The notes beneath the pieces are model-generated. The model saw only the letters and a list, made by a program, of their open reading frames with translations. It was not told the DNA's origin and made no database searches. DNA of 64,000 nucleotides from a bacterium (GTDB lineage Bacteria; UBA10199; 2-02-FULL-44-16; JAAZCA01): positions 992,001 to 1,056,000 of the forward strand of contig CAXXGI010000003.1 in NCBI GenBank assembly GCA_963674695.2, in the 5' to 3' direction. Below are positions 40,199 to 49,364 of this stretch, one piece after another. Numbering within the stretch: the stretch's first letter is position 1; every line of letters starts with the position of its first letter. A program made the position numbers and the translations under genes.

Positions 40199-41034
40199 TG
40201 GCCACCGCATCGAATGAACAGTCCCTGTACCTGCCGGAGCTTGCCACCGTCACCGATGTCAAGACGATGACCGAGACCGAGAAGTACTTCAAGATCAAGC
40301 TCAACAACGGCAAGGCCCTCGGACACAAGCCGGGCCAGTTCGTCGAGGTCTCGATCTTCGGCATCGGCGAGGCACCGATCTCCGTCTCCAGCTCCCCGAC
40401 ACAGACCGATGGCTTCGAACTGGTCGTGCGCAAGGTGGGCAACGTCACGGGCGCCATGCACACGCTGGAAGACGGCGCCACCGTCGGCATCCGTGGCCCC
40501 TTTGGCACCGATTTTCCGTATGAAGGAACCAAGGGACGCGACATCATGGTCGTGGCCGGCGGCATCGGCCTGGTTCCCGCGCGTTCCTTCATCAACTATG
40601 TGCTCGCCAACCGGAAGGACTATGGGCGTCTCATCATCCTCTTCGGCGCGCGCTCACCTTCCGAGCGGCTCTTCACCGATGAGCTGGCCGATTGGGCCAA
40701 GCGCGACGACGTGGAATTCTTAGAGACGGTCGACAAAGGCGATGACACCTGGAAGGGCAATGTCGGCGTCATCACGACCCTCATGCCGAAGGTCAAAATC
40801 GATCCCGCAAAGACCACCTGTGTGGTGGTGGGCCCTCCGATCATGTATCGCTTCGTCATCATGGAAGCGAAGAAGATGGACCTGGCCGACAAGGATATCG
40901 TCGTCTCCTTGGAGCGCCGGATGAAGTGCGGCGTCGGCAAATGCGGTCACTGCCAGATCAACGATAAGTATTGCTGCCAGGATGGCCCGGTCTTCACCTA
41001 CGAAGAGATCAAACCGATGCCGGAAGCGTTATAA
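40198..41034 (+). CDS. hydG: group 3b hydrogenase gamma subunit (FAD/NAD(P)-binding, 2Fe-2S)
   Basis: PGQF, RGPFG, AGGIG, MKCGVGKCGHC. Confidence 0.9.
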   Translation: MATASNEQSLYLPELATVTDVKTMTETEKYFKIKLNNGKALGHKPGQFVEVSIFGIGEAPISVSSSPTQTDGFELVVRKVGNVTGAMHTLEDGATVGIRGPFGTDFPYEGTKGRDIMVVAGGIGLVPARSFINYVLANRKDYGRLIILFGARSPSERLFTDELADWAKRDDVEFLETVDKGDDTWKGNVGVITTLMPKVKIDPAKTTCVVVGPPIMYRFVIMEAKKMDLADKDIVVSLERRMKCGVGKCGHCQINDKYCCQDGPVFTYEEIKPMPEAL

Positions 41035-41037
41035 ATT

Positions 41038-41072
41038 CGTTCGATGGTTCGTCGGTTCGATTGTTCGATGGT
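41038..41072. repeat. 8-mer tract (GGTTCGAT-like)
   Basis: gttcgatggttcgtcggttcgattgttcgatggt. Confidence 0.8.
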
Positions 41073-41106
41073 ATAAACGGATAAACGAGTCCCAAGGAGA
41101 GCACTG

Positions 41107-41847
41107 ATGTCAAAACCAAGAATCGCATTTTTTGATTTCGCCAGCTGTGAGGGCTGCCAGCTGACCGTCGTCAACCTCGAAGAGGCATTACTCGACGTCC
41201 TCCAGCATGTCGAAATCGTCAGCTTCCGCGAAGCGATGAAGGAACACTCCGACGACTACGACATCGCCTTCATCGAAGGTTCCTGCACGCGCGCATCGGA
41301 CGAGGAACGCCTCAAGAAGATCCGCGGCAACGCCAAGATCGTCGTCGCCATCGGCGCCTGTGCCACCATGGGCGGCATCAATGCGCTCAAGAATACGCGG
41401 CCGCTCGAAACGGTGCGCAAAGAGGTCTACGGCGACAAGTGGGAGCTCTTCGACACCTATCGCGCCCGCGGCGTCGACGAGGTGATCACGGTCGACTATA
41501 AGGTGAATGGCTGCCCGATGACCCAGAGCGAATTCGTGAAGGTCGTCAAAGCGCTCCTCACCGCGACCACGCCCGACATCCCCACCTATCCGATCTGCGT
41601 CGAGTGCAAGCAGAACGGCAACGTCTGCGTCTTTGAAAAGGGCGAGACCTGTGTCGGCCCGATCACACGCGCCGGCTGTGGTGCCTGCTGCGTCAATGAG
41701 GGCGCGGTCTGCTGGGGCTGCCGCGGACTCATCGATGATCCGAACGTCGACGCCCACAAGGAAGTCATGGAAAAATACGGCCTGACGGTCGATGAGCTGA
41801 AGAACAAACTGAACCTCTACTTCACAAATGCAAACCTGACGAAATGA
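41107..41847 (+). CDS. hydD: group 3b hydrogenase small (delta) subunit
   Basis: SCEGC, IEGS, GACA, GCP, CWGCRG. Confidence 0.9.
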   Translation: MSKPRIAFFDFASCEGCQLTVVNLEEALLDVLQHVEIVSFREAMKEHSDDYDIAFIEGSCTRASDEERLKKIRGNAKIVVAIGACATMGGINALKNTRPLETVRKEVYGDKWELFDTYRARGVDEVITVDYKVNGCPMTQSEFVKVVKALLTATTPDIPTYPICVECKQNGNVCVFEKGETCVGPITRAGCGACCVNEGAVCWGCRGLIDDPNVDAHKEVMEKYGLTVDELKNKLNLYFTNANLTK

Positions 41848-41860
41848 CATCGCTTCTGAT

Positions 41861-41904
41861 GTCATCCTGAGCGAAACACCGAAGGTGTTTCTGTCGAAGG
41901 ATCT
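41861..41904. repeat. half REP-like element (GTCATCCTGAGCG...GAAGGATCT type)
   Basis: Small hairpin; single copy in the window. Confidence 0.5.
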
Positions 41905-41918
41905 CCGAGGAGGATGGA

Positions 41919-43223
41919 ATGGCGAACGCAAATCTCAATATCGATCTCCACTACGTGACCCGCGTCGAGGGTCATGGCAACATCGTGGTCAATGCCAAGG
42001 ATGGCAAGTTGGAAAAGGTGCAGTGGCAGGTCCCTGAGGCACCCCGCTACTTCGAAGCCATGGTCATCGGCCAGAAGTGGGATGTTCTCCACCACATCAC
42101 GAGTCGCATCTGCGGCATCTGTTCCATCGGGCACACGCTGGCCTCCTTAAAAACGACCGAAGCGGCGATGGGGATCACGATCTCCGAGCAGTCACAGCTC
42201 TTGCGCAGGCTCGCGATCAACGCCGAGAACCTGCAGAGCCACACGCTGCATGTCGGCTATCTGGCCCTTCCCGATCTCGTGGGCGCCGGTTCCGTGATTC
42301 CGCTGGCCAGCTCCCATCCGGATGAGGTGGCGCTCGTCATCCGTCTGCATCGCTTGTCAAACGAGATGAGCGACATGATCTGCGGCCGCACCACGCATCC
42401 GCAGCGCCTCATCCCCGGCGGCTTCACCAAGGTCCCGACGGCCGAAGAGCTCAAGACCCTGCGCACGCGCCTGGACGATGGCTTCGCCGACGTGGATGCT
42501 TTCGGCAACCTGCTCGTGGCTCTCGCACCGAATTTCCCGAACTTCACGCGCGAGACCGAATACATCTCGATCACCGACAAGAACGAATACGCCTTCTACG
42601 ACGGCGAACTCTGTTCGAGCCTGGGCGACACCGCGCCGATCACCGATTACCTGGCCTGGACCAACGAGTTCATCGTGCCGCAATCGACGGCCAAGTATAC
42701 GAAGCGCAAACGCGACTCGCTCATGGTGGGTGCGCTGGCCCGCTTCAACAACAACCACACGCAGCTCCTGCCGAAGGCAGCCGCCTGGGCGAAGAAATTG
42801 GGGCTCATCGCTCCCTGTTACAACCCCTATTACAACAACGTCGCCCAGTTCGTCGAGGTCGTGCACAACATCGAGGATTCGATCATCCAGATCGACAAGC
42901 TCCTCGCGGCCGGCATCAAGGACGAGAAGCCAGATGTAACGCCGAAGGCAGGACACGGCATCGGCACGGTGGAGGTCCCGCGCGGCATCCTGCACCACGA
43001 CTACACCTATGATGACAAGGGTGTCTGCACGAAGGCCAACTGCATCATCCCGACCAACCAGAACCACAACAACATCCAGAAGGACATGGAAGCGCTCGTC
43101 CCGACGATCCTGGACAAGCCGCAGGCCGAGGTGGAGCTGATCCTCGAGATGCTCGTTCGCGCCTACGACCCCTGCATCTCCTGCTCGACACATTATCTGA
43201 AGGTGAATTTTAAGAACTCGTGA
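41919..43223 (+). CDS. hydA: group 3b [NiFe] hydrogenase large (alpha) subunit
   Basis: RVEGHG, L1 RICGIC, L2 DPCISCSTH plus a short cleavable tail. Confidence 0.93.
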   Translation: MANANLNIDLHYVTRVEGHGNIVVNAKDGKLEKVQWQVPEAPRYFEAMVIGQKWDVLHHITSRICGICSIGHTLASLKTTEAAMGITISEQSQLLRRLAINAENLQSHTLHVGYLALPDLVGAGSVIPLASSHPDEVALVIRLHRLSNEMSDMICGRTTHPQRLIPGGFTKVPTAEELKTLRTRLDDGFADVDAFGNLLVALAPNFPNFTRETEYISITDKNEYAFYDGELCSSLGDTAPITDYLAWTNEFIVPQSTAKYTKRKRDSLMVGALARFNNNHTQLLPKAAAWAKKLGLIAPCYNPYYNNVAQFVEVVHNIEDSIIQIDKLLAAGIKDEKPDVTPKAGHGIGTVEVPRGILHHDYTYDDKGVCTKANCIIPTNQNHNNIQKDMEALVPTILDKPQAEVELILEMLVRAYDPCISCSTHYLKVNFKNS

Positions 43224-43227
43224 TTCG

Positions 43228-43262
43228 TGAGATAGTGAGATAGCTGAATCGCAAGATGGCTT
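43228..43262. repeat. degenerate 8-mer tract (GAGATAGY)
   Basis: gtgagatagtgagatagctgaatcgcaagatggc. Confidence 0.6.
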
Positions 43263-43282
43263 AACGACAACAAACACGTCAA

Positions 43283-43315
43283 GACGGCGGGGCTTTTGGC
43301 CCCGCCGTTTTTTTT
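43283..43315 (+). terminator. intrinsic terminator, identical to 45176..45208
   Basis: gacggcggggcttttggccccgccgtttttttt. Confidence 0.9.
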
Positions 43316-43402
43316 ATGGGGCGCACCGTACGGGATTACATTTATTCCATAATACCACAGCGTTGGACGTGCTCATTTGTGAACGGTATTTACCCTTCCA
43401 GC

Positions 43403-43431
43403 GCACCTTCTCCCCCTTCCCCGACCGATAA
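43403..43431 (+). promoter_or_regulatory. sigma28-like promoter candidate (GCACCT-N15-ACCGATAA)
   Basis: Same architecture as 3531 and 14948. Confidence 0.4.
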
Positions 43432-43470
43432 TGGAATGAGACAACACACCACAACCGCGAGGAGAGCATC

Positions 43471-45153
43471 ATGAAACACATCATTATAACACTCATCGGC
43501 ATCCTCTTTCTTGCCAGCGCAACTCCGGGATTGGCCCAGGTAGCATCTTCAGCACAACTCCAGGCGCCACCCTTGAACGAGGCACGCATGGACATTCCGA
43601 GCCTGATCGACGGTGGCTTCTTCGTCAGCGCGATTCCGGTCGATATCTGCGTCGTTTCGGCGACCACGAGCATCGTCACGCCGGCAGCGCCTAAAGCGGC
43701 CATCGCTTCACAGAGACCAACCCCGCAGCGTGCCTGTCTCCACCGCTATGCAGCGGGCATCCCACTAGGACTCCTCTTCGATGACAACAAGAGCTTTGCT
43801 TTTGTCACACCCGCCTCGCTCGACATCGGCATCTGGGGAGCGCCTCAATCCGGACGAGAAAGCGATGCGACGACTGGCGGGAGCTACGGCGCTGATGGCG
43901 ACCTCGAACGCCTGCCTGATATCATGATAACGGACGGCGTCAGCCTCAGCGCTGATGATCCTGCCGACACGACGGAACACGACGAGGAGATCGCGCTGAC
44001 CATCGAAGCGATCGATCGGGACAACATTCTCGTCAACGGACAGTACTTCATCCGGACGGATGCCAACATCGATGTGAGCGATGTCGCCCGCAGCGAACTG
44101 TATGAGACGCTTCTGGGAAACGCCGATCCCTTCAACGCTGACCTGGGAGGAATCTTCGAAGCCCTCGTCTCCGAAAGTGATATCGGCATCGTCTTCAGCG
44201 AGATCGCCTTCCGTGCCTTCGACCTCGATCGCCTCCTGCTCGACCAGTTCTTCACGCGCTGGGCGATGCACGCTCGCGACTTTGGCGAATTCACTGCGGG
44301 CGATTTCGAGGGAATGTTCGGTTCCTGGCGCGGCAACGGCGGCTGGGGCATGTGGAACAGCTTCGACGACATCTTCGGCGCCGGCGGTGAAGGATTTGGG
44401 AACAGCGGCGCGGGCATGGACGGCATCGGCCGCACGCACGGCGGCTTCGGCGGCATGGGCGGAAATGGAAACGGCATGGGCTGGATGGACGACTTTGGCG
44501 CCGGCGGGAGCGCCTTCGGCCAGGGTGGCGGCTTTGCCGGCAATGCCGGCTGGATGGGCGGCGGGATGCAAAATGGCCTCGGCAACATGGGCAACTTCGG
44601 CGGCGCGAGCTGGTTCAATCGCGGCAACCCGAATGGGGGCAGACCTGCGGGATATGGGCAAGACATGAATCGAGGAGACATGAAGGGCAAGGGCAAGGGC
44701 ACGGATATCGATCTCTGCTATATTGATGAGAATGGAAAGTTTCACTCTAATAACGGCAATGTGAAAAGCGTTCAGCCAACCAAATGGGACAATAAAGGTT
44801 ACATGCCGAAGCCAAAAACCAAAACAAACGCAGACGATATTCAACTGCATGAAGCTGAAGACAACAACGATCTGCCTAAACGTGTTACCCCGTACAATCC
44901 GGCAGGCATAGGCGATAAAGTCGATGATAGCGGTCCCGGCCTCCCCTTCGCGCGAACGGATGCGACGCCCTACGAGGATGGCGGTGAAGAAGGCCCCGGC
45001 CATATCTTCACAACGGACGAGGCGACACCGTATGAGGATGGCGGAGAGGAAGGCCCCGGCCACGTCTTCACAACGGACGAGGCGACACCGTATGAGGATG
45101 GTGGAGAGGAAGGCCCTGGCCACGTCTTCATCACCGATGAAACAGCAAACTGA
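43471..45153 (+). CDS. secreted hypothetical protein with a Gly-rich region and three C-terminal 20-aa repeats
   Basis: Signal peptide; GGAG RBS; ATPYEDGGEEGPGH[IV]F x3 with a 60-nt period. Confidence 0.8.
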   Translation: MKHIIITLIGILFLASATPGLAQVASSAQLQAPPLNEARMDIPSLIDGGFFVSAIPVDICVVSATTSIVTPAAPKAAIASQRPTPQRACLHRYAAGIPLGLLFDDNKSFAFVTPASLDIGIWGAPQSGRESDATTGGSYGADGDLERLPDIMITDGVSLSADDPADTTEHDEEIALTIEAIDRDNILVNGQYFIRTDANIDVSDVARSELYETLLGNADPFNADLGGIFEALVSESDIGIVFSEIAFRAFDLDRLLLDQFFTRWAMHARDFGEFTAGDFEGMFGSWRGNGGWGMWNSFDDIFGAGGEGFGNSGAGMDGIGRTHGGFGGMGGNGNGMGWMDDFGAGGSAFGQGGGFAGNAGWMGGGMQNGLGNMGNFGGASWFNRGNPNGGRPAGYGQDMNRGDMKGKGKGTDIDLCYIDENGKFHSNNGNVKSVQPTKWDNKGYMPKPKTKTNADDIQLHEAEDNNDLPKRVTPYNPAGIGDKVDDSGPGLPFARTDATPYEDGGEEGPGHIFTTDEATPYEDGGEEGPGHVFTTDEATPYEDGGEEGPGHVFITDETAN

Positions 45154-45175
45154 TCGCCGAGCAGAGAGACAAGAG

Positions 45176-45208
45176 GACGGCGGGGCTTTTGGCCCCGCCG
45201 TTTTTTTT
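45176..45208 (+). terminator. intrinsic terminator, identical to 43283..43315
   Basis: 33-bp exact direct repeat. Confidence 0.9.
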
Positions 45209-45216
45209 GCGTACTG

Positions 45217-45669
45217 TCATCCCTGGATCGCGGTCTCGATCGCGGCTTTCGCCTGTGCGATGGTACGAATGGATTTTGGTACGACGAAGATCGTGTCGTC
45301 GCCAGCGATCGTGCCGAGGAGATCGGGCAAACGCGCGTGATCGAGGAACTCGGCGACGAAGGAGGCGGATCCCGGGACGGTGTGGATGACGATCGTCGAT
45401 TCGTTCGCCTCGATGGAGCGAACCAAGGTATCGAGCGCCCCCGAATAGCGTGTGAACCCCGCCTGCTGGGGGAGGCGATAAACCACGCCCCCCTCCTCCA
45501 ATGATTTGACCGCCCCGAGTTTGCGCAGTGTGCGCGAAACGGTCGACTGATTGACGACGAACCCCTGCCCTCCCAGTGCCTCACAGAGATCCTCCTGCGT
45601 CCCCGAAAAGCCATCCTCGAGAAGGGCGCGGATCGCCCGCCCCAAATCGCTTCGTCTTGCCCGCTCCAT
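45217..45669 (-). CDS. argR: arginine repressor
   Basis: TQEDL, QSTVSR, GTIAGDDT; GGAGG RBS; divergent from argG. Confidence 0.93.
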   Translation of the reverse strand: MERARRSDLGRAIRALLEDGFSGTQEDLCEALGGQGFVVNQSTVSRTLRKLGAVKSLEEGGVVYRLPQQAGFTRYSGALDTLVRSIEANESTIVIHTVPGSASFVAEFLDHARLPDLLGTIAGDDTIFVVPKSIRTIAQAKAAIETAIQG

Positions 45670-45682
45670 GACCACCTCCGAT

Positions 45683-45771
45683 AATGCATATTTATGCATG
45701 AAATGAAATATTTAGCAACTTTTTATTGAATATACCGAATAGTTATGCAATTGATCGCATATACAGTCATC
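45683..45771. promoter_or_regulatory. ARG boxes
   Basis: aatgcatatttatgcatg (45683), accgaatagttatgcaat (45734), atcgcatatacagtcatc (45754) resemble TGNAT-W4-ATNCA. Confidence 0.75.
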
Positions 45772-45795
45772 GCAACGCATATCTGAAGGAGGCTT

Positions 45796-47004
45796 ATGAT
45801 GGACAAGAAAACGATTCTACTCGCCTACTCCGGCGGCCTCGACACCTCGGCGATTATCCCCTGGTTGATCGACACCTACGACGCCGAGGTCATCGCCTAT
45901 TGCTCCGACCTGGGCAACGCGCCGGACGGGGAGTGGCTTGCGAAACGCGCCAAGGAGTTGGGGGCGAAGGAATTCATCTTCGAAGATCTCAAGGAAGCGT
46001 TGACGAAGGACTACGTCTTCCCCGCGATTCGTGCCGGCGCGATCTATCAGGATGACTACCTGCTCGGCACCGCGCTCGGCCGGCCGCTGATCGCCGAACG
46101 CATCGCCGCCCTCGCCAAGGAATACCATGCCTTCGCCATCGCGCACGGCGCCACCGGCAAGGGCAACGACCAGATTCGCTTCGAGCGGGCCTGGGCCTAC
46201 CTCGTTCCGGAGATCGAGATCATCGCGCCGTGGAAGATCTGGGACTTCACGGGACGCAGCGACCTGGTCGCCTATCTCAATGCAAAGGGGTTCGACGCCT
46301 ACGACAACGAGACGCGCTACAGCGAAGACGTCAACCTCCTGCACCGCTCCTGCGAAGGCGGCATCCTCGAAGAACTCGAAAAACCGTTCGACGCCGATGA
46401 GGTCTATAAGTGGACGAAGCCGCAGGATGCCTGCACCAACGATGCGCTGACGATCAGCGTGCAATTTATCGAGGGCATCCCCACAGCCATCGATGGCAAG
46501 GCCCTCTCCCCTGCCACGCTGCTGGCCGCTCTCAACGCAATCGGGGGCGAGCACGGCATCGGCGTCGCCGACCTCGTGGAGGAGCGCACCAATGGGATCA
46601 AGAGCCGCGGCATCTACGAGACGCCGGGCGGAACGATTCTGCACAAATGTGGCAAGGTCCTCAAACACCTCTGTTGGGATCGGCCGACGCTCAAGATCGC
46701 CTCTCAGATCAGCACCGAATATGCCGACCTCGTCTATGACGGGCTCTGGCACTCCGACGCGCGCAAAGCGATGGATGCCTTCTTTGGCGAGGCCGCAAAA
46801 GTCCTGACCGGAACCATCTCGCTCCAGCTCCAGAATGGGCACATCGTCATCACCGGACGTGAATCCCCCTTTTCGCTTTACGGAAAGGAGCTGGTGAGTT
46901 TTGAAGAGGACGAACATGGGCTCAACAAGGCCGCGCATGGATTCTGCCGGACCTTGAGCTTCCGGCAGAGCCAGTGTGGGAAGAGAAACAGCACGATGAC
47001 ATGA
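45796..47004 (+). CDS. argG: argininosuccinate synthase
   Basis: AYSGGLDTS, HGATGKGNDQ, KSRGIYETPG. Confidence 0.96.
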   Translation: MMDKKTILLAYSGGLDTSAIIPWLIDTYDAEVIAYCSDLGNAPDGEWLAKRAKELGAKEFIFEDLKEALTKDYVFPAIRAGAIYQDDYLLGTALGRPLIAERIAALAKEYHAFAIAHGATGKGNDQIRFERAWAYLVPEIEIIAPWKIWDFTGRSDLVAYLNAKGFDAYDNETRYSEDVNLLHRSCEGGILEELEKPFDADEVYKWTKPQDACTNDALTISVQFIEGIPTAIDGKALSPATLLAALNAIGGEHGIGVADLVEERTNGIKSRGIYETPGGTILHKCGKVLKHLCWDRPTLKIASQISTEYADLVYDGLWHSDARKAMDAFFGEAAKVLTGTISLQLQNGHIVITGRESPFSLYGKELVSFEEDEHGLNKAAHGFCRTLSFRQSQCGKRNSTMT

Positions 47005-47017
47005 TGGAGCAGACGCC

Positions 47018-48409
47018 ATGAATGTCTTGAAGACAACGATCAACAAGAACACCGAATCAGCACTCTTTGCCTTCACGGGCGGAATCGAATGGGACCAGAG
47101 ACTCGCCCCTTTTGAAATCGCCGTGCAGAAGGCATGGGTGACAGCACTCACAGAAGCGAACTATCTGAGTCCTGAAGAATGCACGACGGCGCTCACGCTC
47201 TTAGATACGGCGCGCTGCACCATGGCAGATGGCACCTTCGATTGGCGCATCGAGGACGAGGACATCCACATGAACATCGAGCGCTTCCTCACCGCTGAGG
47301 GGGGTGAGATCGGCCGAAAGATTCATGCGGGGCGTTCGCGAAACGATCTGATCGCCACGACGCTGCGACTCTTCGTCCATACCACGACCGAGGGCATCTC
47401 GAATCAGGTGGCGAATCTGGCCACGGCGCTCTGCGACCTAGCGACCTCTACTGTCGAAATTATCGTGCCGGGCACCACGCATCTACAGCACGGGCAACCG
47501 GTCTCCTTCGGCCATATCGCCGCCGCTCATGCACAGAACCTCTCCGGCGATCTGCGCAGACTTACCCGTGCGAGCACGCAGTGCCGAGAGCAGATGCCGA
47601 TGGGTTCGGCGGCCCTTTCCGGCACCCCGCTCGAAATCGACCTCGACGCCCTGGCGGAAAACCTCGGCTTTGAGACGCCCGCTCCAAACAGCTATGCGGC
47701 CGTCGGCGATCGGGATTTCATGATCGAAGCGATGGATGCCTTTGCCTCCGTCGCCGTGCACATCGGACGGCTCTGCACGGATATCATCCACTGGTCCTCC
47801 ACCGCCGTCGGACTCGTGCACCTTCCGCACGATTGGTCGACGGGCAGCTCGATCATGCCGAACAAGCGCAACCCGGACATCGCGGAGCTGGCCCGGGCAC
47901 GGTCCGCGCGAGTCATCTCGCTTGCGCATGAAGCACATGCGATCCTCGCATCGGTCCCCACCAGCTATGGCAGCGACCTGCATGAGCTAAAAAAAACATT
48001 CATGATGGCAAGCGATGAGATCGAGGCGATCCTGAGCGCCTGCACTCCCTTCGTCGCCGGGCTCACCGTCGATGTCGTGCGGGCCAACGAACTGCTCGAG
48101 CGCGGACACATCCTCGCCACCGAGATCGCCGATGCACTGACCGCGCAGGGAACCTCCTTCCGCGAAGCCTATCGCATAACGGCCGCCCTCGTCGCGATGG
48201 CCGACGCACAGGGCGTGCAGGTGCATGCGCTCACGCCGGAGGCATTTCGCTCCCTGCTGCCGGAACACGATCTCGCCTTTCTCGATGATCTCTCCTTCGC
48301 GTCGGCGATCGCCAAACGCCATCAGCCCGGCGGCACCGCCATCGTCCAGGTTCAGACCCAGATCGCTGGTCTGCGAAAGGCGATCCAGACCGCCCGCCTC
48401 CGACCGTGA
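47018..48409 (+). CDS. argH: argininosuccinate lyase
   Basis: EDIH, GRSRND, GSSIMPNKRNPD. Confidence 0.95.
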   Translation: MNVLKTTINKNTESALFAFTGGIEWDQRLAPFEIAVQKAWVTALTEANYLSPEECTTALTLLDTARCTMADGTFDWRIEDEDIHMNIERFLTAEGGEIGRKIHAGRSRNDLIATTLRLFVHTTTEGISNQVANLATALCDLATSTVEIIVPGTTHLQHGQPVSFGHIAAAHAQNLSGDLRRLTRASTQCREQMPMGSAALSGTPLEIDLDALAENLGFETPAPNSYAAVGDRDFMIEAMDAFASVAVHIGRLCTDIIHWSSTAVGLVHLPHDWSTGSSIMPNKRNPDIAELARARSARVISLAHEAHAILASVPTSYGSDLHELKKTFMMASDEIEAILSACTPFVAGLTVDVVRANELLERGHILATEIADALTAQGTSFREAYRITAALVAMADAQGVQVHALTPEAFRSLLPEHDLAFLDDLSFASAIAKRHQPGGTAIVQVQTQIAGLRKAIQTARLRP

Positions 48410-48513
48410 CGCCCTTTGGCGACCACCGTCATGCCGATCGCCCCATCCTTGCAACCGAGAGGCGCGAGCGGTATCCTCCGATCGTTCGAACAGGATAAGG
48501 AATTGATACCACC

Positions 48514-49332
48514 ATGAAAAAATCACTCAAATACCGGGAACTGATTCCCGAAGCCAGGCGGGTCGTGGTCAAGATCGGAAGCCGGGTCCTCGTTCAAAAG
48601 ACAGGCCGGCCGGATGTGCGCCGCATACGCAGCCTCACCACGGAGCTCGCACAGCTCCGAAAAAACGGCTTTGAAATCGTCGTCGTCACCTCCGGGGCCA
48701 TCGGCGCCGGCATGGAGGCGCTCGGCATGAAGGAGAAACCGAAGGGGCTCCCCGATCTGCAGATGGCGGCCGCGGTCGGACAGACCCGGCTCATGTGCCG
48801 CTACTCGGACCTCTTCGCCCGAGCCGGATGCACGATCGGACAGGTCCTGCTCACGCACGACGACTTTCATCACAAGATTCGGATGACCAACATCCGCCGC
48901 ACGATGGAGAGCCTCCTCCGCAACGGAATCATTCCGGTCGTCAATGAGAACGACGTGGTGGCCGACGAAGAGATCCGCGCCGACCTCTCGCTCGGGGACA
49001 ACGACAACCTCGCCTCGCTGCTGGTGAAACTCATTCGCGCCGACCTCCTCATCATGCTCACCACGGTCGATGGCGTGCGGCAGAAGGAAACGAACGGACG
49101 GACGCGTCGCATGCGCTACATCGAGACCATCACGAAGGAGACCTTCTCGCACATCTCGCCGGGAAAGTCGGCGCTCTCCAAGGGGGGCATGGCCTCCAAG
49201 CTCAAGGCCGCGCAGTCGATCTCAAAATCGGGCTGTTCGACCGTCATCGCCGATGGACGCGAGCGGGGCACGCTGGATCGAATCATGAAGGGGAATGATG
49301 TGGGGACACTCATCCTGGCCATGGGCACTTAG
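48514..49332 (+). CDS. proB: glutamate 5-kinase without PUA domain
   Basis: VVKIGS, AAVGQ, NENDVV, GDND, GGMASK. Confidence 0.93.
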   Translation: MKKSLKYRELIPEARRVVVKIGSRVLVQKTGRPDVRRIRSLTTELAQLRKNGFEIVVVTSGAIGAGMEALGMKEKPKGLPDLQMAAAVGQTRLMCRYSDLFARAGCTIGQVLLTHDDFHHKIRMTNIRRTMESLLRNGIIPVVNENDVVADEEIRADLSLGDNDNLASLLVKLIRADLLIMLTTVDGVRQKETNGRTRRMRYIETITKETFSHISPGKSALSKGGMASKLKAAQSISKSGCSTVIADGRERGTLDRIMKGNDVGTLILAMGT

Positions 49333-49364
49333 ACGGTCGCCCAACGAATGCTGAGGAATTATTT

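Noticed and set aside
41919-43223. [NiFeSe] hydrogenase or selenocysteine recoding
   Set aside because: The L2 motif is DPCISC with ordinary Cys codons and there is no in-frame TGA
44950-45140. 60-nt repeats as a CRISPR array or DGR template/variable pair
   Set aside because: In-frame coding repeats with mostly synonymous changes, no adenine-specific pattern, and no reverse transcriptase
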